Source: Spirochaetaceae bacterium (lineage in GTDB: Bacteria > Spirochaetota > Spirochaetia > DSM-2461). From it: a stretch of 64,000 nucleotides of DNA. The notes beneath the pieces were generated by a model. The model did no database searches and was not told where the DNA came from. It saw only the letters and a program-made list of their open reading frames with translations. Below are positions 61,144-64,000 of the stretch, in pieces. The position numbers and the translations under genes are program-made. The stretch spans positions 224,656 through 288,655 of the forward strand of contig JAOPTT010000006.1 in assembly GCA_051531975.1 (NCBI GenBank), given 5' to 3'. The first letter of the stretch is position 1. Every line of letters starts with the position of its first letter.

Positions 61144-63357
61144 TTAAATTCTTAATCCAAAGAAAAAAGAGTGTTCATACTCATCAAATTTAAATTCATC
61201 AGTTTTAAAATTAACATCTTCATCAATTATAATAGGGAAATCAAAATTTATACCGACAAATATTGCAACATCACCCCAAAGAGGAAGTGCAATTTTACCA
61301 CTAATATTTGGATAACTACCTGTATAAGTAAATAGGTCAGAACTATCATATAAAAGTTTATTGTTTAGAGATGCATCCATCTCGATATAAAGGTTCCCAA
61401 TAGGTATATGAAGACCTAATCCAGTTCCGACAGATAATCTATCAATATTATCTAAATCATTAGGTAATCCAACATAAATCAGATGATATAACATACTAGA
61501 TCCAAACTGATAATCGATTATATGATCCTCACTTGATGTATTATATTTATAGTTAAAATTTTGGATGCCATCTGTAGATATATTAATAAGACCAATTGAA
61601 AGTCCTTTTATATCTTTATTAATATTAACAAGACCAATTTGAGTACCATATACATAATCAGCAATATTAACTAAAGATACTTGGGCACCGTAAACATTAA
61701 ATGCTGAATTAAAGATATACGAAATTTGTATTCCTTTTAGGGTCTCACTTATATTAACACCTGAAATTTGTGCTCCATTAACATCATTTGAACTGTTAAA
61801 TAATCCAGCTATTTGAAATCCTGAAATATTTTTTGATGTATTATATAAACCTGAAGTTTGCATTGTAATAGAGTGGGAATTTCCACCTATATTATTAAAT
61901 AATCCACTAATTTGAATTGTTGGAGCTTCAGTATCAGAACCTATCCAATTAAATAAACCACTTATTTGTAAACCAAATGAATCAGAACCATGACTGACCC
62001 AATTATATAAACCTGTAACTTGAATACCATAATTTTCAATGTTGCCACCAACAGTATTAGCTAAACCTGAAACTTGAACACCAGTAAAGTCTCCTCCATC
62101 TAAATTAAATAGAGCTGATATTTGTGCACCTCTTGCATCATTAATTACCATATTTGCAAGGGATATTTGTGTTCCTTCTAACGATCCAGCCTTAGAGAAT
62201 AAATTTAAATCTAAACTTGCCTCTCTGACTTCATCAAAAGTAGACCAACCAAATATTGCAGTTATTTCAGGTACATCTAAATCATATTCGATTTCATTAG
62301 TGTTTCCACCTCGGACAACATTTTTTTCTGGAGTAAACTCTTCATATTTATACAAGGAAACTACTTTTGAATCATTTGGATTTAAAAGCAACTTTTGTTT
62401 TGAATAAATACCATCTACTTCTTTTATTATTGTATATAATGATGAAGGAACAGATATTTGTAATGTTACACCATGCTTTTTATTAACTTCACTAATTAAA
62501 TTATCTTCATTATCTCGGATAAAAAAACGTCCATAATCATCTTCTTGAAATTCTATTTTTGATTCTGCATTTCTTAGGTCCGTTAATACGATATCACCAG
62601 AGCCTGTTAACCTAAAATCATATGAAGCATGTTGAGCCCCTGCTTGAGTAGCTTCTGTTCTTGCCAACGTTTCATTTGATGCATAACTAAAAGCTTCATG
62701 AAGTGTAACCTTTCCATCAGAAGATGTATCTGCTGCACCTCTTAATGCTGAAACTAAAAAATGAGTAAAAAATGAAGCTTGTAATCTGTTGGATTCCTGA
62801 GCAGCCTCATTTTCAGATGAGGATGTAATAAAAGCATGTCCTGTAGTTTTTACAGACTCATCAACTAGAAATGATGCATTATGTTTCCCACCTTTTAATA
62901 AGGTAAAAGCTCCAGATGAACAAGAATCTAATATTCCAATTTTAACATCTGCATTTGTACTCTCTAAGGATTCTTTTAACTCTTTATACGTTAGTAATGC
63001 GTCTCTTACTAATAATCCTTCTTCTGTAGAATGACCAGAATAATAGAATATTAATTCAGTTCTTGTATTAACCCCATCTGTTAAAATATTATTAGTCATT
63101 TTATCAAAGCTTCGTTTAATAGATGATTTTGTTGGGTTAAGAAGTAATATACTATCACTATTTTCTATACCACCAATATCAGCAAATACATTGGCGATCA
63201 TTTTTGCATCAGATTCTGCATATCTTAAAATAGCTCTTTCATCTCCACCATTATTTGCGCCTACTAAAATAGCATATCTCTTTACTAGTCTAGTTTCAGA
63301 TGAAAATAGTGTCGCACTTGATATTAACAATAATATCAATAATATTTTTTTTATCAT
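61144..63357 (-). CDS. Secreted caspase-like (C14) protein with GxQxSGxxN surface repeats and a beta-barrel-like C-terminus
   Basis: Signal peptide; AILVGAN.G, LRYA..DA, FYYSGHS, ILDSCSSG, SFFTH; more than 10 GxQ(I/V)SGLxN-type repeats; ends FFFGLRI. Confidence 0.88.
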   Translation of the reverse strand: MIKKILLILLLISSATLFSSETRLVKRYAILVGANNGGDERAILRYAESDAKMIANVFADIGGIENSDSILLLNPTKSSIKRSFDKMTNNILTDGVNTRTELIFYYSGHSTEEGLLVRDALLTYKELKESLESTNADVKIGILDSCSSGAFTLLKGGKHNASFLVDESVKTTGHAFITSSSENEAAQESNRLQASFFTHFLVSALRGAADTSSDGKVTLHEAFSYASNETLARTEATQAGAQHASYDFRLTGSGDIVLTDLRNAESKIEFQEDDYGRFFIRDNEDNLISEVNKKHGVTLQISVPSSLYTIIKEVDGIYSKQKLLLNPNDSKVVSLYKYEEFTPEKNVVRGGNTNEIEYDLDVPEITAIFGWSTFDEVREASLDLNLFSKAGSLEGTQISLANMVINDARGAQISALFNLDGGDFTGVQVSGLANTVGGNIENYGIQVTGLYNWVSHGSDSFGLQISGLFNWIGSDTEAPTIQISGLFNNIGGNSHSITMQTSGLYNTSKNISGFQIAGLFNSSNDVNGAQISGVNISETLKGIQISYIFNSAFNVYGAQVSLVNIADYVYGTQIGLVNINKDIKGLSIGLINISTDGIQNFNYKYNTSSEDHIIDYQFGSSMLYHLIYVGLPNDLDNIDRLSVGTGLGLHIPIGNLYIEMDASLNNKLLYDSSDLFTYTGSYPNISGKIALPLWGDVAIFVGINFDFPIIIDEDVNFKTDEFKFDEYEHSFFFGLRI

Positions 63358-63361
63358 TTTT

Positions 63362-64000
63362 TTAATCCTTTAAAAGCGTAATATTCGCAATATTATATTC
63401 ATTAGGTAATTTTAAATCTTTAATTATTTTTCCATCAGATATTCTTATCTTAGAAATAGATTCTTTTATTAAGCTCATGTTTAAAGATGAATCAGTTGTT
63501 ATCATATAAAACTTTTCAAAATAAGGTGCATTATCTAACGTATATGAAGTAGGTAGGGTAATCTCTTTTCCAATATCTAAATATGTTGTTTCATATATAT
63601 CCTCAGGAAAATGGTATGTAATGTTATTTAATCCATCAATAGAAAATATAACTCCATACTTATCTTTAGAAAGATAGGTAATCTGCAGTAAACTATTTTC
63701 ATTTACTTTATCAAGGTTTTTAAGTTTACTAATTAGATCACTATCTTTTTTGTATATATTTAAAGTATTAACTCCCTTTAAATATATTATTTCTGGATCC
63801 CCATTTATTTCATGTGGAAGAATATTGAATACTATAATTAAACATGCAGCAGCAGCTAAAGTTGTTATGGTTTTTAAAGGAAAATTTATAATCTTTTTCT
63901 TTTTGGTTTCTACTTGGGTCTGGGCGGCTAATTTTTTAATATCAAATTTTTCGAAAAAGTCTTTATTATCCTGCTCAATATAGTCTAAGTATTCAGTATC
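63362..64000 (-). CDS. ActD-like/DUF4384-type single-TM protein, putative anti-sigma factor (5' part outside window; not in ORF track)
   Basis: Manual translation is open for 213 codons: TM LAAAACLIIVF, then LKG, LLQITY, YGVIFSIDG...TYHFP, LPTSYTLDNAPYFEKF. Stop lies 4 nt before the caspase ATG. Confidence 0.75.
   Translation of the reverse strand, partial: DTEYLDYIEQDNKDFFEKFDIKKLAAQTQVETKKKKIINFPLKTITTLAAAACLIIVFNILPHEINGDPEIIYLKGVNTLNIYKKDSDLISKLKNLDKVNENSLLQITYLSKDKYGVIFSIDGLNNITYHFPEDIYETTYLDIGKEITLPTSYTLDNAPYFEKFYMITTDSSLNMSLIKESISKIRISDGKIIKDLKLPNEYNIANITLLKD

Overview
AT-rich (roughly 30% GC by eye) bacterial chromosomal window. It is most likely from a free-living anaerobic spirochaete (Spirochaeta/Thiospirochaeta-like); this is inferred from the gene families and lipoprotein style. 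It holds about 45 CDS, a TPP riboswitch and several operators and terminators. I saw no rRNA, intact tRNA, CRISPR array, transposase or reverse transcriptase. Housekeeping and metabolic genes: mobA end, fdhD, arcA, fsa, recQ, gdhA, cstA, pepA, ABC-F, thiBP. Signalling genes: two paralogous hybrid kinases, adenylate cyclase, PilZ, LytS/LytTR. Main points of interest: (1) A 1524-aa protein with 128-aa tandem sensor-like repeats, REC-like domains and a PEP-synthase-type ATP-grasp domain but no PEP/pyruvate barrel. It is coupled to a NarL-type regulator whose phospho-Asp is replaced by His, followed by palindromic sites and gdhA, making it a candidate non-canonical signalling system. (2) Three secreted caspase-like (C14) proteases with swapped C-terminal modules; one lies behind an ActD-like membrane protein. 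(3) A Lol/MacB-like export operon with a sigma54-like promoter. (4) Recurrent leaderless gene starts. All functional calls come from motif recognition only; no searches were run.
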